In this document: positions 35,677 through 49,620 of the stretch, one piece after another
Layout of the letters: each line of letters starts with the position of its first letter
Position numbering within the stretch: the stretch's first letter is position 1
Notes under the pieces: model-generated
The model's database searches: none
What the model was told of the DNA's origin: nothing
What the model saw: the letters and a program-made list of their open reading frames with translations, nothing else
NCBI RefSeq assembly: GCF_006345805.1
Contig: NC_042997.1
Coordinates: 90,644,001-90,708,000 of the forward strand
Length of the DNA: 64,000 nucleotides
From: Octopus sinensis
Taxonomy: Eukaryota
Direction: 5' to 3'
Made by a program: the position numbers and the translations under genes

Positions 35677-36632
35677 CTATGTAGATTCACTGGTTGAAGG
35701 TGGCACCTTTCAGAGTGAAGAAAAAGCACGAAACTACTGCAACAACAATAACAGGGAGTACAACAGCAATATCGGCACACGTAGCTGACACACATTCACA
35801 TAAATAAACGTACATCTTCCTTCTTTTTCATCAGGCAACGAGGAAGAGACTGAAAGGTGGCAGTCAACGCGAAAGAAAAATGCAAGTCGACCCCAGTCAC
35901 GTAAATTTACTACTAGTATGAACATGTTAGAGAGCAAAAAGGTTGGGAGTAGTCTCTTATCTTGATCGAGAAGAATGAGTAATTCGGAATTTTTGGCTCC
36001 TCAAAAAACCTTCCGACAGTTTTTTTTTGGGGGGGGGGGGTGGGTATCTTTTTGCAGAAAATTTTCCAACATGTGTGAAGTTCCTTTTCATTATCCTATA
36101 AGCCTCTGACGTGCTTTTCAATATATATCTGTTGTTGTTCATATTTTAAAAGTTCTTCCATACCCTTACACTCCATCTATATGTGGTGCTTTGTAAATTC
36201 TACCAACTCCTTGTTATCCTTATGAACGTTTGTAGAATTGAGAAATGTTTGTTGGTTTAGTAACTGCTGGTATTGTTGCTCCTCTTGTTATGTCTGATGA
36301 TTATTTTATTATGTGCTGTTGTTGCTGTTCTTACTGTTGCTGTTCTTGTTTTTGTACAAAATGACGGAGGCGTAGGAGTTTCTCACCTTCCCTTTCATTG
36401 ACATTCGGCACGTCGATCTTCCATATTTGAGCATCCTTTCCTTCTTGATTTCCACCTTTCGGACTCATCTTCATCGCCTGATGAGAAAGGACAAAGAAGT
36501 ACGTTCATTTATGTGAATGTTTATCAGCAACGATTGCCGGTATTGCTGCTGTATTCCTTGTTGTTGCTGTAGTTTTGAGCTTTCTTTTTTTCACTCTGAA
36601 AAGCACGACCGTCGACATGTCAATTAACATTG

Positions 36633-36669
36633 TATAAAAGACACTATTCTACCCCCACCCTTCCATTCA
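36633..36669 (+). promoter_or_regulatory. Candidate TATA plus Inr core promoter (arm 2)
   Basis: TATAAAAG at 36633-36640 and CC-A-TTCA with the A at 36665, 32 nt downstream. Confidence 0.3.
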
Positions 36670-36960
36670 AGCACTTATCTTCCTAAGCCGGAGAGAAATC
36701 CACCCGTTGATTCTTCCTGTTTACACAGAAGTAAATTGTTGTCCACTTGAGGATTTGCATAATTTTGTGCTGTAAGAGAATATGAATACGATTATTTGAA
36801 GATCGAGGGATCTTACTCGTTCTTAATCTTCTCTCACTTCTTGCAAAATCTCTGTTTAAATCAGCGATTCCTTTATGAGTTTCCAAAGCAATATAGAGCC
36901 CATTCCTCTTCCAGCAATGTTACTTATTTTTAATGATGTTGCTATTGTTGTTATTGTTGT

Positions 36961-37009
<49 letters not shown>

Positions 37010-37139
37010 GATACTGCTGCTACTGATGATGATGATGTTGATGATAAGGATGATGACTATTATGTTCTTGTGCTACTTCTGATTTCCTTTCTCCGTTTCT
37101 CAATACACACACCACACACATATTTGATGAGGATTACGA

Positions 37140-37238
37140 TAAGGAGGGGCAGGAGGAACAGGAGGAGCAGGAACAGGAGGAGGAGCAGGAGGAGGAGCAG
37201 GAGGAGGAGCAGGAGGAGGAGCAGGAGGAGGAGCAGGC
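37140..37238. repeat. 12 bp minisatellite (GAGCAGGAGGAG)n
   Basis: Direct reading. Confidence 0.9.
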
Positions 37239-37464
37239 GAAGATTGGTGGAGTTGGTGAAAACAGGAACTATTTTGTGGAATAGTGGTGGACGATAATTC
37301 TTTACAAATTCTTGATGTTTTAATTTTATGAGCAATACTGATCATATCCCTCACATCCCCATCTCCTGATCTCTTTCTCTCTTCAGAAGTAGCTGGCTTG
37401 ATCAATAGACAGACAGAAAGATACCTTACAGTCAAGTAGTTCTTAGGTACTTAAATATATTTAA

Positions 37465-37810
37465 GAAGCTCGATTTGCAACCGCGTGACTTCGGGTTCGG
37501 TTCCACTGTACGATACCTTGGGCAAGTATCTTCTACTATAATCCCTCGCGATCAATGCCTTGTGAGTTAATTTGGTTGGCAGAAACTGTGTGGAAGTCCG
37601 TCATATATCCGCGCGCGTGTGTGTATTTTTATATTTGTCTCATCCACCGCTTGACATAAGGTGTTAGTTTGTTTACGTCCCCATAACTTAGCGATTCACC
37701 AAAAAGTGGCCGATAGAATAAGCACCCGACTTGAAAAATAATACTGGAGCCAATTTGCCTAACCGCAGTCCAGTGACTGAATCAAGTAAAAGATGAGGGA
37801 TAAAAGATAT
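37465..37810 (+). mobile_element. Diverged SINE family S2
   Basis: GGGTTCGGTTCCACTG...CCTTGGGCAAGTATCTTCTACTATA...GTTTACGTCCCCATAACTTAGCG. Confidence 0.75.
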
Positions 37811-37959
37811 CGTGCAAATCGCTACAGTTGTCCTACAAATGACTTATAATTAGATTAGGAACCAAAGAGAAACCTCTAGATGGACATATGACCCACTAGA
37901 AATAGCAGTTACATGTCCATAAATTAACTCCCTACCACCTTTAGGATCTAACTGTAACT

Positions 37960-38266
37960 GCACTCCGATGTTTACGACGACGAATATTCCAGTTGATTCC
38001 ATCAACGGGACAGCCAGCTAGTGAAATTAACGTGCAAGTGGCTGAGCCCTCCACAGACACGCGTAGTTCTCAAGGAGATTCAGCGTAATATTGAACGGGA
38101 CAAATCCAGCCCTTTGAAATACAAGTACTACTCATTTATGTCAACTGAACGAACTGGAGCAACGTGAAAGTGCCTTGCTCAAGGACACAATGCACCGCCA
38201 GGTATCGAACTCACAATCTTACGATCGTGAGCCGAATACTCTAACCACTAAGCCATGCGTCTTCAC
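37960..38266 (-). mobile_element. tRNA-derived SINE family S3
   Basis: Minus strand GCATGGCTTAGTGGTTAGAG (A box) and GAGTTCGATACC (B box); tail shared with 53676-53995. Confidence 0.8.
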
Positions 38267-38810
38267 AACGCACTTTTAGGACCTATACTCTAGATAACGC
38301 ATTCCTCTGTGCCTCTGAAACGACAGGATGGGCATGGGCTGGAATGCTTTTCATCATAGATTTGTCCAATCAGGTTTGACTTGAAGTTAAGCAATACCAC
38401 TTTATTTGTAAAACATTTGTCTTTAGTTTTTTGATGGTCTACACCAGATCTTGAGCCAAAATGGTCAGTATTTATACGGAAACTTGTAAGATATTTAATG
38501 TTACAGTTTTGTTAAGGTTAGCTTCGTTTTTAACTTTTTGTAAGACAGTTTACCAAATCTGAATAAAGAATCCCAGAGTGTTCTGTTTGTTTGCTTGTTA
38601 GTTTGTTTGTTTGTGGTTTTGTTTTTAAGAAGTTAACATGATTGAATTACATACAGCAAAGAAGACACGTGGCGATATGGAATCTGAAGCATAAAAAAAA
38701 AATAAGAGACAGAAGGGTAGTGGCGAGGTGGAGGGGTTGTACGGTGGAGGGGGTGCGGAGGTGGAGGTGGCGAAAGTACTAGTTATTCGTGATAACGGTG
38801 GTGGTAGTGG

Positions 38811-38843
<33 letters not shown>

Positions 38844-39240
38844 CGAAGACAACGACGACGATGGGGGTCGATATCGGCGGCGGCGGCGGCGATGGTGGTG
38901 GTGGGGATGGTGTTGGGTGGAGCTGAACAGGGAATATATATATATCGACGACGTTAGGAAAAAGAAATTGGAAAAGATAAATGGATAAAGCTAACTTTTG
39001 AAAAAGTAAACCGAGCAAGAGATAAGAGCGTTTCACGCCACCTGTGCAAGAAAATACAGCTGAGAATATCACCGTTGTGATATCCAGTCAGAATTGTGGC
39101 GAGAGTCGTAGATAAAGCTTTCATTGTAACAGGTGCTTGACTAGAGGAGTAGGATAACGTCCTGTGTATAGAGCTAGACATTTGCAAAGAATTTGTGTGG
39201 TGTGGTTAATTTTTCTATGTATATATATATATATCAGTTT

Positions 39241-39305
<65 letters not shown>

Positions 39306-40412
39306 AAAGAATGTGTGTGAACGTCTCTAGCTAATCTATCTGTGAGGGTGTATTTCTTTGACGTATTCATGTTAACGTTAAGCCTGATTGAATGTAATGT
39401 ATGTGCATGCGTTTTCGGTGTTTGCATGTAAGATCGTTATATGGTTATACAAATGTATGCGCGCGTGTGTGTGTGTGTGTGTGCATCGGTTTGTATATGT
39501 GAGCATGTGTGTTTGGTTTTAAACGTTTGACTGTAACCTTGTGTATATATTTATATACATACACACATACACATCTGTACACATACATACATACACACAC
39601 ACACATACATATATGCGTGTGTGTGGTTTGTGCCTATGTGTGTGTGTCAGTCTGTATCTATTGGATCAATACTTGCAAAAGTTTGTGTATGTATGAGTCT
39701 GTATCTGAATGTATATAACTGTTTCTAGATATGTGTCAGTAAAATCTGAATGTACTAGATTAAAGTAATCGTATAGAAATTCTTCATATATACATACATA
39801 GGTGTGTGTGTATGTGTGTGTGTGTGTATGTGTGTGTGTGTGTGTGTATGTGTGTGTGTGTGTGTGCATGTATTATTCATGTATGTATGTATGTATGTAT
39901 TCATAATCTACTATGGATGAGAAGGTAAATAAATGTAAAATAACTTGGAAAATGTTGAACCAAAAAGGATAAAATAGACAAGAAAGCCGCTCATCAGCTT
40001 CAGTATCTTAAATCTTGATAGTTTCGGCGCATTTACCTCACTGGAGAGCACCAATGATTGTAAAAATCATAGAAGGGGTGAACATTACAATAAGACGTCT
40101 AATGGCTTAAAAAGCGGAGGACAGTAACACACGTGAGACGAAAATTTACGGACAAGTAGAGAGTAGATCAGTTCTATTTGACATGGAAACAAACAAAAAG
40201 TATGCTAGTGCCAGTGGAAGATAATAGGCTACTTCCGTCGGGATAGAAACTGAGATGCGGAACTTACAAAGCGCAAACAAAACAACGGTTGCGATAAGGA
40301 AGAGAGAAGATACAGGTATAATCAGATGGGAAGCAGAAGCTGCAGGATATAAGAACAGAAGTGGAAAGAAGAGGAAACTGGAGAGATAGATAGAGTGATA
40401 GGTCAATCGATC

Positions 40413-40446
<34 letters not shown>

Positions 40447-40455
40447 TAGACAGAC

Positions 40456-40521
<66 letters not shown>

Positions 40522-41532
40522 CGAGAGAGAGAACGAGAGGGGGCGAGGCGGAGAGGGAGAGAGGCGAGGAAGAAAGAAAGAAACAAACAGAAGAGAATAA
40601 AGAAAGTTAGCCAAAATTAATTCGATCCCAGATCCTACATTTGACTTTTGTCACTTAACTTTTCAGTTTCCATGCCATCTCACATTTGCAGCGCATGCCG
40701 TATCCTTTGTGATTCTACCACATCACATGCTTCTGCAAGCTATACTCCCAGTAGAACAGTGACTTATCACTCAAACAAATGAAATACTCGTCAGTGCCAC
40801 TACTTCTGGCAGCAGTAAACTTTATTTACTTAAAACTAGATGAAACGAGCTAACCAATGTTCCGTATATCTGTCATACGCAGTGTAGCACGGTGACAGCT
40901 TATTGAGCTCGTTAATTTGTGGTGTTTGAAGACTTTTAGAAGAAAACTGTGAAACCTTCCACGACAGATGAAGCTATTGTTCGAGAGAAACGTATTTAAC
41001 CCTTCGTGGTCCGGCGGGGTTGGAATTATACAAAAGGCCATTGGGGTCCTCTTTTATTTTTGCGCATTTCCACACTATCCATAAAGTAATATTTGTTTAA
41101 TCTTGCATATATGTGTGAGTGCATGATACAGAACAAGAAATTTAGCATTTTTCTGTATAGTTTTTATAAACTATACATATAGCGCTAAATATTTAAAAAT
41201 CAGTACAAATACGAAGAAAATTGACTTATAGTTCATCAGAATATCTGAAAAAAAGAACAGAAAAAATGATTTCACAGAAGGCCACCATATTTTATGCTAT
41301 AACATCCATATGACTGGAAATTTTGAACTCAAAATGTGTATGTGCAAACGTAAACTATTGGCTATAAAAGTCATGAGATATAACATCATTTAAATAAAAA
41401 ATATAAACGTTGCATAGCTTTTAAAATTTGCTGGGGTCCCAAGGGACCCCACCGGCCGACGAAGGATGAAAACAGCTGAGTATCTAATTGCACATACCTT
41501 TCAGTCAGCCTGTTAATGTGGTATAGATCAAT

Positions 41533-41978
41533 AAGGCAGCGAGCAGGCAAAATCATTAGCATGCCAGGCAAAACGCTTAGCATTTCACCCGTCTACACGT
41601 TCTGAGTTAAAATTTTGCCGTTGTCGTCTTTGCCTTTCATCCTTTCGGGGTCAATAAAATAAGTACCAGCTGAGCACTGGAGTCGATGTAATCAACTATC
41701 TCCCTCTCCCGAATTTACTGGCCTTGTGCCTGAAATTGAAACCAATATGATACAGGTCAATATGATGCAGCTCAATGGGGCAGAGGATTGACAAAATCGT
41801 TAATGCCTACCGATGTTTATTCCGACTCTTTACGTTCCGGGTTCAAATCCTACTGTGGTTAACTTCACCTTTCCTCTTTTCGGGTTTGATAAAATAATTT
41901 ATCAGTTAAGCACTGGAGTCGATATAATCGAGTAACCGCTCTTCACAATATCTAGTCTTATGTCAATGTTAGAAACCA
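41533..41978 (+). mobile_element. Two tandem S1 SINE copies (41533-41745, 41779-41978)
   Basis: AAGGCAGCGAGCAGGCAAAATCATTAG head and TTTCATCCTTTCGGGGTC core; the second copy is more diverged. Confidence 0.8.
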
Positions 41979-43286
41979 CATGGTACAATTCAATACGATT
42001 GTCAATAGGGACAATATGTGAGTAACGAGTCTTTCTTTAAGCTAAGAGTTGCTCGGAGTGAAATATCACTAACTTCCCAATACATTCACTTCAGTTCGCG
42101 AGTTACTACGGTGAAGTCTAAAATACCTGCAACTACTAATATATTTCCTACCTAGCTCCACTTCAGTAACAAATGGATACAGCATAGGACTAATAGATCA
42201 TATTTCCATAGTTCAATTCTTTGGATCGATGTAATGACTTACATCCCCCCAACACACACTTCAAATTGCTGGCCTGGTGCCAAAAATAGAAAGAATTATG
42301 GAAGGCACAAACCATTGCTTTCTAATTTCCTATTTGGCTTCAAGATAATTATCAGGAAGTCTTTGGAGATTATGCAACGCAATGGGACTGAACCTAAAAA
42401 CCATGTAGTCAGGAAGCAAAGTTCGCGACCACACAAGGGTGCCTGCGCCTACTGTATATGTGAGCGCGCGCGCGTGTATGTGTGTGTATGTTTTTTGTGT
42501 GCGTGCGTGCGCGTGCGTGTAGCGAACACACGTGGTTTAGTATTTCAGGTATTCGGCTTACGATATTTCTTTGAGTATTTGCACAGAATACTGAAGCGTT
42601 AAAATCAAGGATGATATCGGTTGGATTACACAAAAGTGTATTCAATATACATTTGTGCACCTATCTGTCGAAAAGAAGCATCATAAGTTCTGGGGAATTT
42701 GGTTGTTATACACTAGCGTTCTACTCTGGAGAAGACATTTCTTTCATTCACGTCATTCTATGGAAACTGCGTTTAAGACTCAATTTATTTGAACCTTTTT
42801 TGTCAGTAGAAAAATATAACAGCCTCATCCCGTTGCAATCAAATCCTACTGTCTTAAAAGGGGTGGGGGCAGAAAAACCTTGAATAACGTGGTCATACAT
42901 AGAGACCAGCTGATGAAAAAAGAGAGGATAGTTACGGCATAAAAACCTAATAATCATGAGTCTACACAATCAGCTCAACTCAAACAACTACACGAACTAC
43001 ATATATTGTCTTTGTTTCCCGGCCAATAGTATCATTGTTATAATTAGGTATCTGTTTCGATATTAAGTGAGAAACCTACTGCGATATAGTCAGACTGTAA
43101 AAGGTGTGTTTTTCCGATGTTTTATCCTGATAAAACGGCGACTTTAAGTTTTTTAAAAAAGCTCTTTTTCGATAGCAGCCATCTTAATTTTCAAGTTGAG
43201 CTTTCGTTTAGTTAGTCTGGAAAATATGCTTTTAGAAACAACTTGTACTGTATAAACACACACACACGCTCACACACACACACACG

Positions 43287-43356
<70 letters not shown>

Positions 43357-43526
43357 TACGTATTTATGTATGCGCATGCGTATGTGTGAGACAGAGTGTA
43401 ACCCTATCAAGTCATCTGTTAATGTGTGTGTGCGCGCGCAGTTATGTATTAGTGTTTATGTATACACGCATGCATATGTATGTAGATACATCAGGAGAGA
43501 GATAGTGAGTGTGGGAGAGAGAAATG

Positions 43527-43527
43527 A

Positions 43528-43600
<73 letters not shown>

Positions 43601-43601
43601 C

Positions 43602-43683
<82 letters not shown>
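43527..43683. repeat. (GATA)n microsatellite without insertion
   Basis: Direct reading. Confidence 0.95.
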
Positions 43684-43684
<1 letters not shown>

Positions 43685-44158
43685 GCGGAATGTAGAGGCA
43701 GTAAATTATGATGTTTCGTACTTTGTTTTTGTTTTTGTTATTTTGTTTTTTTTATTTATTTATATATATATATATGTAATATGTGTGTGTATGTATGTAT
43801 GTATGTATGTATGTATGATGTATGTATGTATGATGTATGTATGTATGTATGTAACAGAACAATGTGTTTAATTTTTTGTTTTGTTTTGTCTTGGTTTTGC
43901 TACTTTGGTTGTAAAACGCTTATTGAGTATTTTTATTTTGAATTGTTTGAGTTCACCAAACAATGTATAATAAATTTTTGCATGTATATCCCAAGGAGTT
44001 TGCGGTATGGACGCTATAAATATTCTTTTCTTTTCAACTTTTCTTTTAGGACTCTATAAATAATACCAGCTGGAAAGGCATTATTTAAAACACTTCGAGT
44101 TTGTATTGTACACATACTTATATACATACACAAATGTGTACGTACATACATACATACA

Positions 44159-44191
<33 letters not shown>

Positions 44192-44295
44192 TTGTGTGTG
44201 TATATATATGAATAATCATACATATATACAAACACACATACACACACATATTTACTTGTTTATGTATATATAAGTATATATATATGTATATATAT

Positions 44296-44517
44296 TCTTT
44301 TACTCTTTTATTCTTTTACTTGTTTCGGTCATTTGATTGCAGCCATGCTGGAGCACCGCCTTCAGTCGAGAAAATCGACCCCAAGACTTATTCTTTGTAA
44401 GCCTAGTACTTATTCTATCGGTCTCTTTTGACGAACCGCTAAGTTACGGGGGCGTAAATACACCAGCATCGGTTTTCAAGCAATGTTCGGGGGACAAACA
44501 CAGACACACAAACATAT

Positions 44518-44548
<31 letters not shown>

Positions 44549-44720
44549 CATATATACGACGGGTTTCTTTCAGTTTCCGTCTACCAAATCCACTCACAAG
44601 GATTTGGTCGGCCTGAGGCTATAGTAGAAGACACTTGCCCAAGGTGCCACGCAGTGGGAATGAACCCAGAACCATGTGGTTGGTGAGCCAGCTACTTATC
44701 ACATAGCCACTTCTACGCCT
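44296..44720 (-). mobile_element. Full-length SINE family S2
   Basis: The reverse complement matches 24113-24561 end to end. Confidence 0.88.
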
Positions 44721-45538
44721 ATATATATACGTGTTCATGTCTATATATTGATATATATAAAGATACATATTTTTAAACCAGTCGAATATTAGCTGAAAGA
44801 TCACTTAATACATTTAAGTTTTACTGGAAATTTTTACTGGGAAAATTTTGACAGTAACTTCGAAGTAAATTCAGACTGTAAAATTGTTTGTTTTTGTTTC
44901 GTTGATGGGGGCCCAAAACTTTTATATATTTTTGTTTCGTGTGGATGGTGTATAGTGGTTGCATTATAAGTGTAGTTTAAACATCTTCATAGATTATTTG
45001 AGTGAGTAAAAATAAGGAATTATGGGAAGGAAAAATATATAGAATAAGGATAGAAGACAAAGCAAAGGAGAATAAAGGAGTAGAAGTAGGAGATGTGGAG
45101 GGGAGGAGGAAGAAGTGAACATTTATAGGGTGGTGGAGAAAAGGAAGATGGCAAAGGAAACATTATTCTAGTTATTCGATATCATTGACTTTGTTCAAGT
45201 TTGTTAGATAACGGTCACTTTTAAATTGATTATATTTCGAATTAGAAATGAGGGATTGATTTTATATTGTTGTTTGAGATCATCCAAGCATGAACGTAAG
45301 GACGAGGTTAAATTTATATGTGAGCACAGACTAAGATGACAATCTATAATTTGTGTTGATAATTTACGTCAAAGCTTATCTTAAACTGAGCAACAATTTT
45401 ATTTTTTAAGTGCTGATTATGGCTATTTAAAGAGATATCAGTATTTGATATTAAGATGTATATCATAGGCCGCGGATGAAATTATGCATACGTGTGTATA
45501 ACAGCAAATTTCATTTACATCCTTGCATGCTAATATTC

Positions 45539-45596
<58 letters not shown>

Positions 45597-47379
45597 TCAC
45601 ACATATTAACTCATATACATACACACTCATACATTTCTGTCCACAACTCTTTATTTTTTCCACCCAATTAAAGCTGTTCCTTCATTTGTCATAAAATTAT
45701 ATTAAACCACACCGACATTGCAACCACTATGCTTCACTCACAAGATGAATCAAACTAATGATAAGGACTTACACAGTTTGAAGCTACCCTCATGTTTGGC
45801 TTCCTATTTGATGGATTTGCTTACGATAACATATGTATGATTTTCTATCTGGTATATACATATGTATATATGTATGTATGTATATATATATATACGAGAA
45901 ACCCCCCCCCCATTCAATGGACGGTGCTGAGTTGTGAAACATGTAAACCAAATTTTCTCAAAACAACTTGTCCGACCGTCCCATAGGCCTACCCTTTGAG
46001 AAACACTGATTTAACCTAAATTTGAGACACCAAAAAGGCCGGCTTTTTTGCGCAAACTGCACGTGCATTTTTCTCGCGTACACGTAGTATCGATCGCAAC
46101 AGCTGATGTACTTGCGCGTACAAATACACGTTCCCACGGCTTTATCAATCGCATTCTCACCTGGAATCGATTTTTGTAGTTTTTGTGCAGGTGATAATTT
46201 ATTCATGGCTTTCAATTCAGATGATAACATGAATATAATATCATTGTGATATGGCCTGGTCTGATACATATGCACATAACATGAGTTTAGCTTTCATTTA
46301 GGTAAATATGCAAAAGATAGCCTATGTATGATTTCAGTCTAGTAGATATGTAAATAACAAATATCATAACCATAGATCATTTTCTGTTTTGTTTTGTTTT
46401 TTGTTGTTTTTTCCAGAAATGGAACATACCTCTTTAAGTACCAAAGTCTATATTACGATTAATTAAAATCCCAATTCTTAAAATCAATTTATCGACTACC
46501 GCAATCATCATTAAATTAAACTAGAATTATCTAATATTATATAGAGATGCCATATGCAAAATGCATTTTACTCATTAATTTTTATTCCCTTTGATGTGTA
46601 TGCAGACTAGAAATCATCTTAACCTCTGAAATTACTCTCCAAATCTCAAGCTCGACATTTTCCGTCAAATGATAAATTCTTGAATTTTGTTAATTCTTCC
46701 AATAACACTGAGCATTCGTATAGCCTTCGTAAAATAACAATAGAAGCGGCTTTAGCGACTGAGCTTCAATCTACAACAGATAGTAAGCCATGGATATAAT
46801 CTGTGTTGTTGCTTGTAGAAGTAGATATGGATGAGTGGTTTAAGTTCGCCTCGTAACCATACTGCACTGGGTTCGGTCTCACGTCATGGCATTTCCGACA
46901 AGTGCGTTTACCATAAGCCCTGGTTGATCCAAGCCTTGCTGTTAGATTTGGGTACGCAGATACTGTGTACAATTATATCAAATCGACTATACATGAATCC
47001 AAATGCTCAGCTTTATCACGCTCTATGTCACGTTGATTCTGCTTGTGAATTACATTAACAGTAAACGTGTTTGTGGAACACACAGCCGCTTTGCAGGCTA
47101 ATTCTAAAGGAGGTTGTCCAGTTGTCCAAAAAACTGGATACTTGTAGGTCGAAATCGATGTAAGCTTAGTTCCAGATTAACCGGACCAAGAAGTTTCATC
47201 ATGGTTGTGACTATTTTGTTTGTTTTTTTGTTTGTTTTTTTGTTGTTGTTTTTTGTTTTTCTTTTTACTTTTTCCAGGCATCTAGAAATTCATTCTAGAA
47301 AACTCATTGTTTTAATAGATTAAGCATATGATTTTACAGAGAAATTGTGGCTAATATTTGTCTCAGACAGAATATTTTT

Positions 47380-47411
<32 letters not shown>

Positions 47412-47612
47412 TGTATGTATTTATGTGTGTATGCATGTATGTATGTATGTATTGCAATATATACCCGGTGCAGATTGCACCGATCATCAACTGGTGGAGG
47501 CTCAACCTGGGGTTAAATGGACATAATGTCGAACAGCCATATTTAGGTAGTGATAAACATTACTTCTCAGTATAGTTACTACTTTCATCTCTCATTGAGA
47601 TTTTCTTACTCA

Positions 47613-47689
47613 CTACATGGTTCTGGATTCAGTCCCACTGCGTAGCCTTGTGAGTGGAATTGGTAGACAGAAACTGAAATAAGCCCGTC

Positions 47690-47761
<72 letters not shown>

Positions 47762-47975
47762 GCATGTATTTGTGTGTGTGTGTGTTTGTCCCCCCACCAC
47801 CATCGCTTGATAACCGATACTGGTGTGTTTACATCACCGTAACTTAGCGGTTCGGCAAAAGGGCGCGATAGAATAAGTACTAGGCTTACAAAGAATAAAT
47901 TCTGGGGTTGATTTGTTCGGCTAAAGGCGGTGCTCCAATATGACCGCAGTCAAATGATTGAAACAAATAAAAGAG

Positions 47976-47978
<3 letters not shown>
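47613..47978 (+). mobile_element. SINE family S2 (partly deleted head)
   Basis: CATGGTTCTGGATTCAGTCCCACTGCG...GTAACTTAGCGGTTCGGCAAAAG...GATTGAAACAAATAAAAGAG. Confidence 0.85.
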
Positions 47979-48021
<43 letters not shown>

Positions 48022-48424
48022 GGAGGGAGAGAGGGAAGGGAGATACAAATAGTGTACGTCGATTGACGTATATAGATAGATGTGTACAATGAGTGCTTAG
48101 ATTGATTGACAAATGGGTTGAAGTGCAAATGGGTTGAAATTGAATATCCGCGGAGACTAGAAGCAGTACCTGATTCAGCGGGTATAAACTAGATAAAAAA
48201 TGTAAGCCGGACAACCAAAGCATTTCGTGTCAACCGAATATACTTACTTCATAATAAAGAGTACAGATAAAGTGTAACGCAGATATGGTAGATAAGTACA
48301 GTCTTTTACGGCTGTTTCTGGAATACCTGAGCAAGTGGATCATGTTAATATGTTAGGAATTCACATAATTCAAGCAACCCGTCATCGGATATACATATGT
48401 GTGTGTGTGTGTGTGTGTGTGTGT

Positions 48425-48478
<54 letters not shown>

Positions 48479-49360
48479 GTGTGTGTGTATACAGATAGAG
48501 AGAGAGAGAGAGGGGGAGAGAGAGGGAGAGGGAAAGCGAGAGGGATAGATGAGAGTCTATGAAAACTGGGCAGTCATAAATTAACTTGGTATAGTGACAC
48601 ATTCTGGTATAGGATGGGATCACATGTTTTGTCATAACAGGGAAGGGTACTTTAGATCCCTTTCAAGCAAATGATTAACAAGTACATGAAATGGTCGGTC
48701 TTTATCACTTTATCGTACATATTGTTATTTCTAAACGCTTAATTCAATTCTTTATTTTCTTTCTTTTTTTTCTGATAATCTGACCGAGATATAAAATTGT
48801 ATTTCATAATTAACTGGATGTGAGTCCTTTTGTGTCTGTCTTTTTTCTTGTTTTATTGTTTCTGTATTTTGAATTTTGATTATACCTTTCTTTTGTCTGT
48901 CATTTCATCTATGGATCGAGTTTTACCTGCGAATTGCTGGAAATAGCACACTGTTTTGGGCATTCGTTCTTGTATAGAGTGTATATGGTCTAACGAAGGA
49001 CTTATTCAAAATAATCGCCTGAAGAAACACATTTTACACCTGTTGATGGATGGTAGTGATTTCACAATATGTTAATCATCTCACTACGATGGGACGATGT
49101 GTGGAAACAATCGTAGTAATATACAATAAAGAATGTCATTCAGTCCATTTTTTATTATTCATCTCTGACAGACAAACAGATAGACAGATAGACAGACAGA
49201 GACAGACAAACAGACAGACAGACAAATATGCAGACAGACAAATAGAAAGACAGACAGACGGAATAATAATAAGTTGATGGATAAAAACAACAAAATCAAT
49301 AACAAAAGCAGTAGCAGCGAATACAAAAACGGAAAGAATGACTGTATAAGAGCTTGATAA

Positions 49361-49422
<62 letters not shown>

Positions 49423-49469
49423 GTGTGCGTGCGTGCGTGTGTGTGTATGTATGTATATGTATATATATA

Positions 49470-49620
49470 TATAATCAAAATAAACAACAAGGATATCCAA
49501 GGTAGTGTAGTACAGACATTTTAAAACTGATGTAATATTTACAGTGTTTAATAAAATGAAGTAGCATGAAACGATTGTACTACACTACCTTGGATATCCT
49601 TGTTGCTTATTTTGATTATA
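49470..49620. mobile_element. MITE-like element, 151 bp, 45 bp TIRs
   Basis: TATAATCAAAATAAACAACAAGGATATCCAAGGTAGTGTAGTACA versus the reverse complement of 49576-49620 shows one mismatch. Both termini are TA. Confidence 0.85.

Larger units (their letters stand above)
35565..36745. repeat. Inverted duplication: arms ~35565-35890 and ~36410-36745
   Basis: The reverse complement of arm 1 aligns along arm 2 (e.g. GCCTGATGA, GTACGTT.ATTTATGTGAATGT, TTCACTCTGAAA, CCCCACCCTTC.ATTCAA, TTTACACAGAAGT). Roughly 70% identity by eye. Confidence 0.85.

Noticed and set aside
37130-37260. Gly/Ala- or Arg/Ser-rich reading of the GGAGGAGCA repeat
   Set aside because: Short minisatellite with no supported start, splice context or flanking coding signal.
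38954-39187. Minus-strand ORF containing MKALSTTLATIL, a possible signal-peptide exon
   Set aside because: No recognisable homology, weak hydrophobic core and no supportable splice structure.
40010-40062. Hammerhead-like string on the minus strand (CCAGTGA-GGT..GCC-GAAAC)
   Set aside because: The core deviates from CUGAUGA at three positions, and stems I and III and the cleavage triplet do not form convincingly.
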